DNA of 32,000 nucleotides, from NCBI RefSeq assembly GCF_000195855.1, contig NC_002677.1:990001-1022000 (forward strand), read 5' to 3'. The first letter of the stretch is position 1. The number at the start of each line of letters is the position of its first letter. Position numbers and translations under genes: made by a program. This document shows positions 1-9,895 of this stretch, in pieces. Under the pieces are notes generated by a model. That model did not search any database, had not been told where the DNA came from, and worked only from the letters and a program-made list of their open reading frames with translations. This DNA comes from Mycobacterium leprae TN (GTDB lineage: Bacteria > Actinomycetota > Actinomycetes > Mycobacteriales > Mycobacteriaceae).

Positions 1-386
1 GTTTCACTCATCCCGGCTACGGAGCCGTTCGCGCGGCCATTGACGCGGCGGGCGGGGCGTCGGCCGGCATCACCGGAGCACAATGGATCGACGTGGTGCG
101 CCAGCAAACCACATCGGCGCTGATCGCCGGTCTGATCAATGAGCTAGGTGTGGAGTCGATCCAGGTCGACGACGAGAAGCTGCCGCGCTATATCGATGGG
201 GTGCTGGCTCGCTTGCAGGAAGTGTGGATGGGCCGACAGATTGCCGAGGTGAAATCCAAGTTGCAGCGTATGTCGCCGATTGACCAGGGTGACGAATATC
301 ATGAACTGTTCGGCGATCTGGTCGCCATGGAAGCTTATCGACGCAGCCTGTTGGAGCAAGCCAGCGGCGACGATATGACCGCCTGA
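1..386 (+). CDS. dnaG: DNA primase DnaG, C-terminal part (5' end outside the window)
   Basis: Open frame 3 from the window edge (FTHPGYGAVRAAIDAAGG...GITGAQWIDVVRQQTTSALIAGLINELGVE...) to TGA at 384-386. Resembles the mycobacterial DnaG C-terminus. The neighbouring Rv2342-like gene and tRNA-Asn match the conserved order. Confidence 0.8.
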   Translation, partial: FTHPGYGAVRAAIDAAGGASAGITGAQWIDVVRQQTTSALIAGLINELGVESIQVDDEKLPRYIDGVLARLQEVWMGRQIAEVKSKLQRMSPIDQGDEYHELFGDLVAMEAYRRSLLEQASGDDMTA

Positions 387-400
387 GGTAGTGTTGGCTT

Positions 401-703
401 TCAGTTTCCGCCGTTCTCCCGCCACTCGGCAGAGCGTTCGATAACAGTGGTCTGGTTATCGATTTCAGCCAGGGTCACAAACCCCTCGTCAGGTGAGATC
501 CGATTCGCGACCTTGCGGCGCCCCTCTGCGATCATTGACTTGGCCATGGGACTACCGGTAAGCGTGCGATATATACCTACGATCTGCTCGTAGCGGCGGC
601 GGCCAGCTTTCGCACCCAGCACGTAACCCAGTCCAAGCACGATGACATACCGGATCAAAGCGGTTCCTCCCACGACGGTGCGGCTGGCTCCATCCTGCCT
701 CAC
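401..703 (-). CDS. Conserved small membrane-associated protein (Rv2342-like)
   Basis: ORF with IRYVIVLGLGYVLGAKAGRRRYEQI...RRKVANRISPDEGFVTLAEIDNQTTV. Convergent with dnaG as in M. tuberculosis. The true start may be the internal TTG before IRYV. Confidence 0.75.
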   Translation of the reverse strand: MRQDGASRTVVGGTALIRYVIVLGLGYVLGAKAGRRRYEQIVGIYRTLTGSPMAKSMIAEGRRKVANRISPDEGFVTLAEIDNQTTVIERSAEWRENGGN

Positions 704-843
704 GTACCGGGATGTGTGCGCGCCGAAGCCGGGCGAGCTGGGGCGGCCGCCGGCTAGTTGCCTGGCCTCGTTCTTGGGTTCGGGTAGGTCAGTACGCTAG
801 AGTCATCCCGCGATCTACGCCATCGTTCACGTGGGTCGAGTGG

Positions 844-916
844 TCCCCTGTAGCTCAATTGGCAGAGCATTCGGCTGTTAACCGAACGGTTGGAGGTTCG
901 AGTCCTCCCGGGGGAG
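844..916 (+). tRNA. asnT: tRNA-Asn (anticodon GTT)
   Basis: Cloverleaf: acceptor TCCCCTG (844-850) pairs with CGGGGGA (909-915), with one T:G pair. D arm is GTAGCTCAATTGGCAGAGC, anticodon loop CTGTTAACC, T arm GGTTCGAGTCC. Confidence 0.97.
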
Positions 917-2044
917 CTGTGGTTAGCAGCACACGTTGCATGCTGCCGGCGCGGGGTTTACCCGTAAACCGGTCGCCACGTGGCGTCGCGGATGGCTTGC
1001 GCGACATCGGTCTGGATCCTGGTCACTACACTGTCTTCGACGGCGGCTTCATAGACAGCTGCAGCGACGGCGCACAAGTTCCGAACATCCGGCAACAGCG
1101 CATTTACCAGATTCTGGGTGTGGCGTCTGCATTCCCTGGGTTAGCCGCTTGGCACCGGCCACGATGACGTCCATTCCGAGTCCGGTAAACACCGGCGTGT
1201 TGTTGGCCTGGCCAATAATGAGGTGGTGTGCTCGTCCTATTCAACGGGGAGGACCGGGCTGCCGGTAGTAACCAGCGTTCTGTCGTTCGAACAGGACAGA
1301 ATGTCTGTAGGCATGGCTTCACACATGTGAGGTCGGGTTGGGCAACGGAAAGATCATCGGGCGCTCGCAGGACACCGTCATCGTCTCGACAACTTTCCGG
1401 CTGAACGCACCGAACACCGCTGAGCAGGAGGGTGGGTGATGCTATCTTGATCGCGGCGACCAATCCGATCCGCTCTCCTCTCCTGTAGCCACACCGAGCT
1501 GTCGGTGGTCCTTCGCATCGGGTACCTGAAAATCGCATAGTTAGTCCATGTCGTTGAGTAGCAGATTCTGCTTGTCAATCGCCCTAGATCTACGACGTGG
1601 CTTGCTTGACGGTGGCGCCGTCGTCGATCCATTGCGTCGCGTATCTGATTCAGCAACATCGATCCCGGTCGTCCTGGTTCCGAAGACGACGGTCATCTGG
1701 TCGTGTATCCGGGATACCGGTGACACGGGATCGGTCGTGCATGGTGGACAACACCACGGCGTCGTGCCTGGCATGTCATACTTGAAACATGCAATAGTCG
1801 CTGCCATAGGTCTGCAGGATATTCCGCGTGTTTCCTGGCCTGAAGTCCTCTAAATGCAGGTTTACGTGCGGACAAAGCCAGTTTGCGATCTCGATGTAGC
1901 GCTTGATGAATTCGTCTTATTCGGTTCCACGCGTGGCGGTTGCCGAGATAGAACGGGGGTCTTGCGGCAGTTGCTTATTAATCAATTCCAGACATCAAGG
2001 GAGACCGCCAGACAGCGGTGCTAATCGACTCTGCCTCAGGCGGT

Positions 2045-2595
2045 GTAGAGCGTCGGTTTGCCCACCGTGATTTGGATGCCACCCACATCCCAATAGTCGA
2101 TACCTAGGATGGCCTTGGCGTCGGTGCAGGCGGTCGGGTCGACGTTGTTGGGCCTTAATCCGAAGGTTTGGTAAGGCCGCGGTGATGTCGTCTGGTTCTT
2201 CAATGCTCAGAAGGAGTCCCCGTTGCTCACGGTATTGATCGGAGAAGTGTTGGATGGCTTCACCTACGGTAGGTGTAGACCACCGGTATCAGCTCCGGTA
2301 AATGGTCGGCCAGCACCTTGCAGTAGAACAGTTTGTGTCGGTGATGCGACTGCGTAAGCAGGATCCGGTCAAGGTTAGTTGCGAAGCTTTGCACTTGAAT
2401 CCAGACGCGGTCGGCTTGTTGTTTCAGATTTAGCATGACCGGCGGTAGTAAACTGGTCAGTTCAAGCCGTCGCCGCTCTTTGTGAGTGAAACCCACCCCG
2501 CGGTTGAGAGTTGGTGAGGACATCGTGACCTGGGGTAGTAGCGTGAGGGCGTCGCTCACCAAAACCTCCATTGGTGTCTTGGTGTGTGTGATCAC
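2045..2595 (-). pseudogene. mez: NAD-dependent malic enzyme, N-terminal remnant
   Basis: Minus-strand translation TLNRGVGFTHKERRRLELTSLLPPVMLNLKQQADRVW...VLADHLPELIPVVYT, then after a frameshift PTVGEAIQHFSDQYREQRGLLLSIEEPDDI and VDPTACTDAKAILGIDYWDVGGIQI. These are malic enzyme N-terminal motifs broken by frameshifts and truncation. Confidence 0.8.
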
Positions 2596-2829
2596 GGTAA
2601 CGCGGATCGAGATGAACGTGTTTTGACGAGCATTTGAAACCTACTGTTCGGGTGTCACCGCCCCACGGTGCCCGGTTCCGTCGTCGGCTAGTGGGCGCAT
2701 GCCTTGCCGGGCAATCCAGTCTGGTCGAGTCAAAGGTTGGCGTTGGGACTGATTTGTGGTTCTGATGTTTGTTGTGGTGACACCTGAGTAGCGGTCCGAG
2801 CCCAATACTCGTAATTAGATTGTGTGGAC

Positions 2830-3830
2830 CGATGGCGCGCTGGTTCTCGTCAATTAGCACGTGCTGCCTTACTAGCTGCAGCATTTGCGGATCGCAACGG
2901 TCGACGAGCTCATTGTGGCGATCAAAACCGGGTGGTTCGGGGAGGGGCACCAGCACTTGGGGTGGCTGGATCGTTTGAGGTGGTGTTGGCGGTTTTGGCA
3001 CACCCCGTCGATGATGAAAAGGTTGAGCTGAAGCTGGCGAGAAAGCATTTCGGCTCGGCTCGCCGCGGTGAATCTGGCGTGGGGCGTGCAACAGGCGCTG
3101 GCCAAGTTGCACGATGGGCAGCAGGCCGTGCTGCATGAGGTTCTGCGGATTTGAATGAAGATGACCAGGTCAGACCGGGCGACCGCGACTCATGCGGCGG
3201 ACTTTATCCAGCGGTTAAAGCCGGGTCCGCCAGTGCGCGTTCTGGCCCACTGCAATATTAGGTTATTGGCCACGACCGCGTTCGATAACGCACTATGGTG
3301 CGTTGCGGGTACTGTACGTGCCGGCAGATCGCGACTGTCTTGGTCGACGAGACCAGCCTGCTGCTGCAGGGGGCCTGGCTGGCCGCGTGGGAGCTGGCCG
3401 ATGCCGGCATCCCGCAACGGCTGACGATCGATTCGGCTGCGGTGTGTGCTATGGCCACCCGGGGAGGTGGACTGTGTGATCGTCGGTGCTGACTGCATCA
3501 CTGTTGACGGTTCGGTCGCCAACAAGATCGGCACCTATGGCATGGCACTCGTCGCTTATCGGCACGGCATTCCGTTCATCTTGGTCGCTCCTGAATCTAC
3601 GGGTGGTCCGGCTACCGCCACCGGGCGCGAGATCGCTGTGAAACAGCGGGCCGCAGATGAAATCACTCATTTGGGTGGGGTCGCGATCACCCCGGACGAC
3701 ACCGCTGTCGTCACCCTTGCCACTTCGATCTCGCCCCATCTGAATTGGTGACTGTGATCGTCACCGAGAATGATGTGGTGGATAACTACGCTGCAGATCG
3801 ACTTTCGGATGCGTCGTCGCCCACCGATCT
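2830..3830 (+). pseudogene. mtnA: S-methyl-5-thioribose-1-phosphate isomerase (MtnA / eIF2B-like) remnant
   Basis: Multi-frame pieces: QHLRIATVDELIVAIKT; RHTPSMMKRLS-type segment; AAVNLAWGVQQALAKLHDG; ATHAADFIQRLKPG; VLVDETSLLLQGAWLAAWELADAGIPQRLTIDSAAV; GEVDCVIVGADCITVDGSVANKIGTYGMALVAYRHGIPFILVAPESTGGPATATG; VTVIVTENDVV. These are MtnA signatures spread over different frames. Confidence 0.85.
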
Positions 3831-3859
3831 TGATCGGGCCACAGATCGCCAGCATCACC

Positions 3860-4430
3860 TCGGGTCTCTATGTGTGGTTAGATGCCAGACACGACCAGTA
3901 ACATTGCGGTTCGCAGCGGGCGGACCGTAGTAATCACCGGCAGTGGATTGGCCAAGGTTGAGCTTACCGCTGACGATATGGTAAAAGTGAATATTGCTGA
4001 TCCCCAAATTATTTCGGGAATACGATGCCTGTCGGCAGGGGCCATCATTCACACCGGTGTTTTCCGTGCTAGTTATACCGATGCCGTGGTGCACATCCAT
4101 CTGTCATATGTGATGGCACAGTCGCTTGACGTCCCAAGTGTGCTGCGGTTCAGTGGCTATGAGCTGATCAAACGGCTGGGGATCAGACGAACCATTGCCA
4201 TTCCGGTCTTTGGCGATCACGCCGATATTTCGCGCGTCGGCATCGATATTGAGCGTCATCTGTGAGCGGGAATCCGGATGCATCGCCGGTCTTGTTCGTA
4301 GCTGGCTACGACATCACCTCCTGGAATGCGTGCCTCGCGCAAGCTCGCGATCGCGCCAAGTGTTTGGAGGCGATGTTCGACCTGGCGACACTGATCGGAT
4401 GCCGCGAAACCGGAGCACAGGTGTGATGAC
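3860..4430 (+). pseudogene. mtnB: Class II aldolase/MtnB-like methylthioribulose-1-phosphate dehydratase remnant
   Basis: NIAVRSGRTVVITGSGLAKVELTADDMVKVNIADPQIISGIRCLSAGAIIHTGVFRASYTDAVVHIHLSYVMAQSL has the class II aldolase fold pattern (ends 4265). The C-terminal part continues in another frame (SPVLFVAGYDITSWNACLAQARDRAKCLEAMFDLA). Confidence 0.7.
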
Positions 4431-4435
4431 GTTGG

Positions 4436-4935
4436 TCCAGGTCATATCCGACAGTGACGTTGTCGACGTACGGTTGCGCACCGACGATGCGGAACTCATT
4501 AGCGTCGAACGAACCAAGCGTGGCGATTATTTTTGATCGCTGGCCCACGATGCCTGACCTCGATGCGGTCACCCCGATCACTGAAATCCGGGCGCACTAT
4601 CGCCACCACATTGCCGAACTGAATGCCGATAGCCGCTACCAGCACATCGACGTGGCGTGGCTGCAGCCCGTCTATAGTGAGACTTGCATTGGCTGGACAT
4701 GCCCAAGGTGGCCCGCTCGAAGTTTCTTGTCGAGCACCTGCACGCCGAGGACGAAGTGCGCTTCTTTGTCGCCGGCTGAGGCTGCTTCTATCCTGCATCT
4801 GGAACCTGAAATCGTGGCGGTAGTGTGCGACGGCGGTGACCTGTTGTTGTTGCCATCGTGTATCCGGCATTGGTGTGACATGGGCGTTCATCCCGATTTC
4901 GTGGCGATTCTGTTCTTAGAGGGAACCCGGCGATT
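4436..4935 (+). pseudogene. mtnD: Acireductone dioxygenase (ARD/MtnD) remnant
   Basis: Fragments FDRWPTMPDLDAVTPITEIRAHYRHHIAELNADSRYQHIDVAWLQP, then EPEIVAVVCDGGDLLLLPSCIRHWCDMGVHPDFVAILFLE. This matches the cupin ARD pattern (HLE..VAVxCxxGDLxxxPxxxRHWxDMG). Frames are broken in between. Confidence 0.8.
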
Positions 4936-4990
4936 GCGGCGAGCACAGCGCGGATCAGCTGATCCGCGCTGTGCTCGCCGCAATCGCCAT
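4931..4990. repeat. Perfect 60-bp palindrome (two 30-bp arms, no spacer)
   Basis: 4931-4960 GGCGATTGCGGCGAGCACAGCGCGGATCAG is the exact reverse complement of 4961-4990 CTGATCCGCGCTGTGCTCGCCGCAATCGCC. Symmetry ends at 4930/4991 (C/A). Confidence 0.98.
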
Positions 4991-5657
4991 CGGGGAAACC
5001 ACCAGTCCGACCAGTTCGGTGCGCGAGTGTCTGCACGAGTGCAATTGCCCCATTTTGCGCAGTGGCTTGTCGATAACTGAAGCAGTCCTGTGGATTTGGT
5101 TATCATCGACAGTCGGCAATTGGTCGGACGACCCAGCGCTGATGCTGCGGAGGAAGTCGAATATCTCTTGCAGTCGGCTGGATTCCGATGTGAAGGACGA
5201 ACCGCTAAAGATAGCTCAAGGTCTGATCTGTGTAACTGGTTTCCGCAGTGGTGCCCTGCGCTGGGAATTCTTCTTCGACGTACCTCAGGCATTGACGATG
5301 TGGCACGACATGAGTATTGCTTTGCGCGTGTTTTCACTGGGTTCTGTTCGTAATCAACAGGCTTGGTCTGTCCACGCGCGGAGGTGAGCTGGTGTCGTTG
5401 ATCAGTGGCTGGTTCGATCTCACCAGCGCGGACGCTAAGCGCGAGGTGGCTTCCTACCACAAGATCTCCGATGCGATAGAAGTGCCAGACGCGAGAGGAT
5501 CCTCTTTCTGTTCGACTATCCCGACGAACTTGATGTGGCCGTCGCAGCGGGCTGGCTGGTGCTCGAGATGGCGTGCACAGGCCAGCCGAACTCCTCACGC
5601 CCCTATACTGTTGGCGTCATTCCTTTGCTGAAGTTGATTACCCACCTGTCGACCTGA
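4961..5657 (+). pseudogene. mtnC: Enolase-phosphatase E1 (MtnC) remnant
   Basis: IRAVLAAIAIGETTSPTSSVRECL resembles the IEGTT start of E1 phosphatases. Followed by ...KIAQGLICVTGFRSGALRWEFFFDVPQALTMWH...RVF...GSVRNQQ... and, frameshifted, LISGWFDLTS..KREVASYHKISDAIEVPDARG. Confidence 0.8.
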
Positions 5658-5669
5658 TGTCGAAAACAC

Positions 5670-6353
5670 TCAGATTGAGAAGTCCTCGCCGTGCCAAACC
5701 CCGGCTTCGGGTAGCCGGATGACGCGGTAGGTTTGCGAACCGCCGTCTTCGGCTTCCAGCTTGGCCACCCTGGTGAGCAGGGATTGCAGGCTGACGCCCA
5801 CGAAGTCGGGCAGCACAGAATCGTCCCCGTTGGCCGGGCTGTCGCTGCTGATGATTTGTCCGGGAACCCCGACGGCCACAGCGCTGGCTGGGACCTCCTT
5901 GACCACGACTGCGTTGGCGCCAATCCGGCTGTCCTCGCCGATCTTGATGGCACCGAGGACCTTGGCGCCGGCGCCGATGGTTACTCGATCCCCGATGGTT
6001 GGGTGACGTTTACCCGTTTCCCGGCCGGTGCCGCCGAGAGTGACTCCATGGAAGATGGTGACGTCATCGCCCACTTCCGCGGTTTCCCCGATCACCACGC
6101 CGGTCGCGTGATCGATGAACAGGCCGGCTCCGAGCACGGCACCGGGGTGGATGTCGACCCCAGTCAGGATGCGGGTGAGTTCGGCGAACGCCCGCGCGGC
6201 CAGTCTGGCGCGACGATTCCACAACCAGTGACTGATTCGATGACCCCAGACGGCGTGCACGCCTGGGTAGCAGCAGATGACCTCCAGCACCGTGGGCTGT
6301 GCCGGATCTCGCTGTCTTGCTGCCTGGATATCACGCCGGATTGCCGCAAACAT
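5670..6353 (-). CDS. cysE: Serine O-acetyltransferase
   Basis: Left-handed beta-helix acetyltransferase: [70 protein letters not shown]. Start [12 protein letters not shown] at 6353, 2 bp after the cysK stop. Confidence 0.97.
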   Translation of the reverse strand: MFAAIRRDIQAARQRDPAQPTVLEVICCYPGVHAVWGHRISHWLWNRRARLAARAFAELTRILTGVDIHPGAVLGAGLFIDHATGVVIGETAEVGDDVTIFHGVTLGGTGRETGKRHPTIGDRVTIGAGAKVLGAIKIGEDSRIGANAVVVKEVPASAVAVGVPGQIISSDSPANGDDSVLPDFVGVSLQSLLTRVAKLEAEDGGSQTYRVIRLPEAGVWHGEDFSI

Positions 6354-6355
6354 GG

Positions 6356-7288
6356 CTAGTTGGCTAAGTCCGCGAATAGCATCGTGCTTAAATATCGCTC
6401 GCCGAAATCGGGCAGCACGACGACGATCAGTTTTCCTGTATTCTCTGGCCGGCGGGCCACGTGCAGGGCGGCGCAAACGGCCGCCCCTGCGGAGATGCCG
6501 ACCAGCAGTCCCTCTTCCTTAGCCAGTCTGCGGGCTAGGTCGAGCGCTTCTTCGTTGCCGACGGTAACGATCTCGTCCACCAGGTCCAGGACCAGCACCG
6601 ACGGGACGAATCCAGCACCGATGCCCTGAATGGGGTGAGGACCCTTCTGGCCACCGGATAACACCGGCGACGCGGCGGGCTCTACGGCGACGAACTGCGT
6701 GGCGGGCCGGCGTTCTTTAATGATTCGGGCAACACCAGTGATAGTGCCTCCGGTCCCGATTCCAGAAACGAAGATGTCTACCTTGCCATCGGTGTCGCGC
6801 CACACTTCCTCGGCGGTTGTGGCGGCGTGGATGGCTGGGTTCGCTGGGTTCTCGAATTGCTGTGGTATAAAATACCTTTTATCGGACTTGGCTAATTCCT
6901 CAGCCTTGGCGATGGCTCCTGACATGCCATCGGCGCCCGGAGTCAAGATGAGTTCGGCGCCGTACGCTCGCAACAACATTCGTCGTTCGATGCTCATTGT
7001 CTCGGGCATGGTCAGCACGCAGTGGTAGCCACGTGCTGCGCATACCATAGCTAGTGCGATGCCGGTGTTCCCGCTCGTCGGCTCAAGGATGACGGTGTCC
7101 GGCTTGATCAAACCCGCTTCCTCGGCCGTGTCGATCATGGCCACGCCTATCCTGTCCTTCACGCTGTTGGCGGGATTGAAGGATTCCAGCTTGGCGACAA
7201 CGTCAGCCAGCGCACCTTCGGTAACTCGGCGTAGCCGGACCAGTGGCGTGTTACCAACTAGTTGTGTGACGTCTTCAGCAATGCTCAT
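6356..7288 (-). CDS. cysK: Cysteine synthase A (O-acetylserine sulfhydrylase)
   Basis: 310 aa, [22 protein letters not shown]...[11 protein letters not shown] (PLP Lys)...[12 protein letters not shown]...[10 protein letters not shown]...[12 protein letters not shown]. Confidence 0.98.
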
Positions 7289-8499
7289 CTATCTTCATCT
7301 CCAAGGGGCTCGGCTTCTTCAAACATCTCAGCCTCATTGGCCTCCCAGCTAATGTCGAACTCTATGGCCATTTCAGTGGGGATGGCTAGGGCAATGGGGG
7401 TTAGCCGCTGTGGTGTCCCCTCGATTGCCACTCCGGTTACTACTCGACCGGCGACGTTATGTGGCGTGGTTGCGGTCAGCGTTGTCGTCGACTTACCTGC
7501 AGTTTGGCGCAGGTAGAAGTCTGTTCCCGGTTGGATGATGTCGTCGATGACGTAGCCGTAGGAGTTGACGAGTGTGTGACCGTCGCTGGCATTGAACATC
7601 AGCGGTATTCGCACCTGGAACGGGCCCACGAGTTCGGGTTCTGCTATGGCGTTCGTGTCGACTAGATCCGGTTCGTCGGTTTGGTGCAGAACGTGGCTTG
7701 TCTCCGCAAGCAAGTAGTTGTAGAGGTATACAACTCGGTCGGCGTTGTGGTAATGGCGAGTGCCGGTTAACCAGAAGTCTACGTGATCGATTGTTGGGGA
7801 AGCGGCATCGGTGGTGGCGATCAATCGGTAGTAGCGGTAGCCGCGTCCACCTCGGCCGTGACTGCTGGCCAACAGTGTGCTACCGACGCCAAGTGTCTGT
7901 TGGTGACGGCCGATGCCGGCGGGTATAGTCCGTTGTGATCCGGAAACATCTTGCCAAACAACGCCATTGGATGATTTTTGCAGCTTCAGGTCGACCGGGG
8001 CTTCCGCGTCGACCCATGCTGAATAGCCGCCGAGCTGTGGTTCGCCGTCGAATTCGAACGTGATCACCGGTCCAGGGCAGCGATGTACCGCGACGGGTAC
8101 GTTTCGCGGTCGAGTATCAAGAGCCAAGCCGTTGGTCAGATACCAGATCGCGGCCTGGGTTGCTGCAATTGCTTCGTGTTCGCTGATATTGGCTGGCCCT
8201 AGTGGGTAGCCGGCTTCGCGTATCCGTTGGCTCAGGTCGGTGGTGGAGCGCATCGGGAAGGAGTGACGCAAAATCCAGTCCACCTCGGCTTCGCAGGAGT
8301 GCGCGCTCAGGTGCGGTAGTGCAGAGAACGTTCCCAGGCGATAACGCGACGGGTGTTGCGGTGCGATCCCGGTGAAATCGAGAGAGTAAGCGTGCAGGTT
8401 GGGGTTGAGCCTGATCAGATCGGTGCGTGCGCATGTGCCGTCGGCAAATATAATTGTGTCGACTGTGTGGGAGTAGGTACCGCTTCGGTAGCGAGTCAT
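7285..8499 (-). CDS. TQxA/thioester-like domain protein, first gene of the cysK-cysE operon
   Basis: ORF of about 404 aa from likely start [11 protein letters not shown] (8499; the ORF is open to 8589). Contains the [11 protein letters not shown] motif and an upstream Cys ([16 protein letters not shown]). The stop overlaps the cysK ATG by 4 bp. No obvious signal peptide or LPXTG. Confidence 0.7.
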
Positions 8500-8971
8500 G
8501 TGAGTTAGTTCGGTGGTCGGTCTCACTGTGATGCGTCGGCAGGTCACCACCTGGGCTAGGGCGCGACTGGATATGGACAACACGGTCATCGGTGGTTGAA
8601 CTTCCTAAAGGACGAGTTGGGTAGCGCGCGTCTCGATGCTGCCGGACGCGCAGGTATAGCGCTCGCGTAGGCGAGAACGTGAATGATTTGCTGAGAGCGT
8701 TAAAAGGTGTCAGGAATCAGCAACAGCGACAATAACAGTCCACGGTAAAGCGGCGCGTAAAGACAAAGCGTGGCTGTGTGGACTGATGCATAGGTCCACT
8801 ATAAGGTGTCGTGTGACTTTAAGCGCGCCAGTTGGAGACCCCTGCAGTTTAAATCATTTTGCTCATACTTAGACTTACTTGCACTTCAGTGCGAGCCCGA
8901 TTTTTAGTGGGTGCTCACCGGGAGGGTGTTCAAAGCCAGCTGCTGTATTCGATCAACATGGAAGGACCAGG

Positions 8972-9895
8972 ATGACGTCGGCTCAGAATGAGTCTCAGGC
9001 ACTCGGCGATCTTGCTGCCGGGCAACTAGCCAACGCGACAAAAACTGTACCACAGCTCTCAACTATTACGCCGCGTTGGTTGCTGCATTTGCTCAACTGG
9101 GTTCCGGTGGAAGCGGGTGTCTATCGGGTGAACCGCGTGGTCAACCCCGAGCGGGTTGCAGTCAAAGCCGAGGCTGGCGCCGGCACCGAGGCACCGCTGC
9201 CGGAGACCTTCGTCGACTACGAGACCAGTCCGCGGGAATACACGCTGCGCACGATTTCGACGTTGCTAGATATTCACACACGGGTGTCGGATCTATACTC
9301 CAGCCCACATGACCAGATTACCCAACAACTGCGGCTGACCATCGAGACCATCAAGGAAAGGCAGGAGTGCGAGCTGGTCAACAGTCCCGAGTTCGGGTTG
9401 CTCGCGCAGGTGACTCCGGAGCAGACGATCCGGACTTTTGCCGGTGCTCCCACGCCCGACGACCTTGACGCACTGATTACCAAGGTCTGGAAGATGCCGA
9501 GCTTTTTCCTGACGCATCCGCAGGGCATCGCCGCGTTCGGCCGCGAGGCCACCTACCGTGGTGTGCCGCCCGTAGTCGTGAGCCTGTTCGGCGCACAGTT
9601 CATCACCTGGCGTGGCATTCCGCTGATCCCGTCGGACAAAGTCCCGGTGCAGGACGGTGAAACCAAGTTCATCTTGGTGCGCACTGGTGAGGAACGTCAG
9701 GGCGTGGTTGGGCTGTTCCAACCGGGCTTGGTCGGTGAGCAGGCGCCGGGACTGTCGGTGCGGTTCACTGGCATCAACCAGGCAGCGATCGCGACCTACT
9801 TGGTCACCCTCTACACGTCCTTGGCTGTCCTCACTGACGATGCGTTGGCTGTGCTTGACAACGTAGCTGTGGATCAGTTCCATGAGTACAAGTGA
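8972..9895 (+). CDS. mmpI: Family 2A encapsulin shell protein (35-kDa major membrane protein I / Srp1-like)
   Basis: 307 aa, MTSAQNESQALGDLAAGQLANATKTVPQLSTITPRWLLHLLNWVPVEAGVYRVNRVVN...TLLDIHTRVSDLYSSPHDQITQQLRLTIETIKERQECELVNSPEFGLL... Matches the known M. leprae MMP-I antigen/encapsulin. RBS GGAAGGACCAGG lies just upstream. Confidence 0.95.
   Translation: MTSAQNESQALGDLAAGQLANATKTVPQLSTITPRWLLHLLNWVPVEAGVYRVNRVVNPERVAVKAEAGAGTEAPLPETFVDYETSPREYTLRTISTLLDIHTRVSDLYSSPHDQITQQLRLTIETIKERQECELVNSPEFGLLAQVTPEQTIRTFAGAPTPDDLDALITKVWKMPSFFLTHPQGIAAFGREATYRGVPPVVVSLFGAQFITWRGIPLIPSDKVPVQDGETKFILVRTGEERQGVVGLFQPGLVGEQAPGLSVRFTGINQAAIATYLVTLYTSLAVLTDDALAVLDNVAVDQFHEYK

Noticed and set aside
930-2040. 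Possible lipoprotein or other gene between tRNA-Asn and the mez remnant
   Set aside because: Short peptides on both strands (for example GDTGSVVHGGQHHGVVPGMSYLKHAIVAAIGLQDIPRVSWPEVL) look degenerate. I could not assign them to a family with confidence.
3446-4265. ORFs 3446-3751 and 3882-4265 look like independent genes
   Set aside because: They are only the best-preserved pieces of MtnA and MtnB. Conserved parts continue in other frames on both sides, so they are parts of pseudogenes.
4888-5598. 236-aa minus-strand ORF
   Set aside because: Arg/Ser/Pro-rich shadow ORF antisense to the mtnC remnant. It runs through the palindrome and matches no recognisable family.
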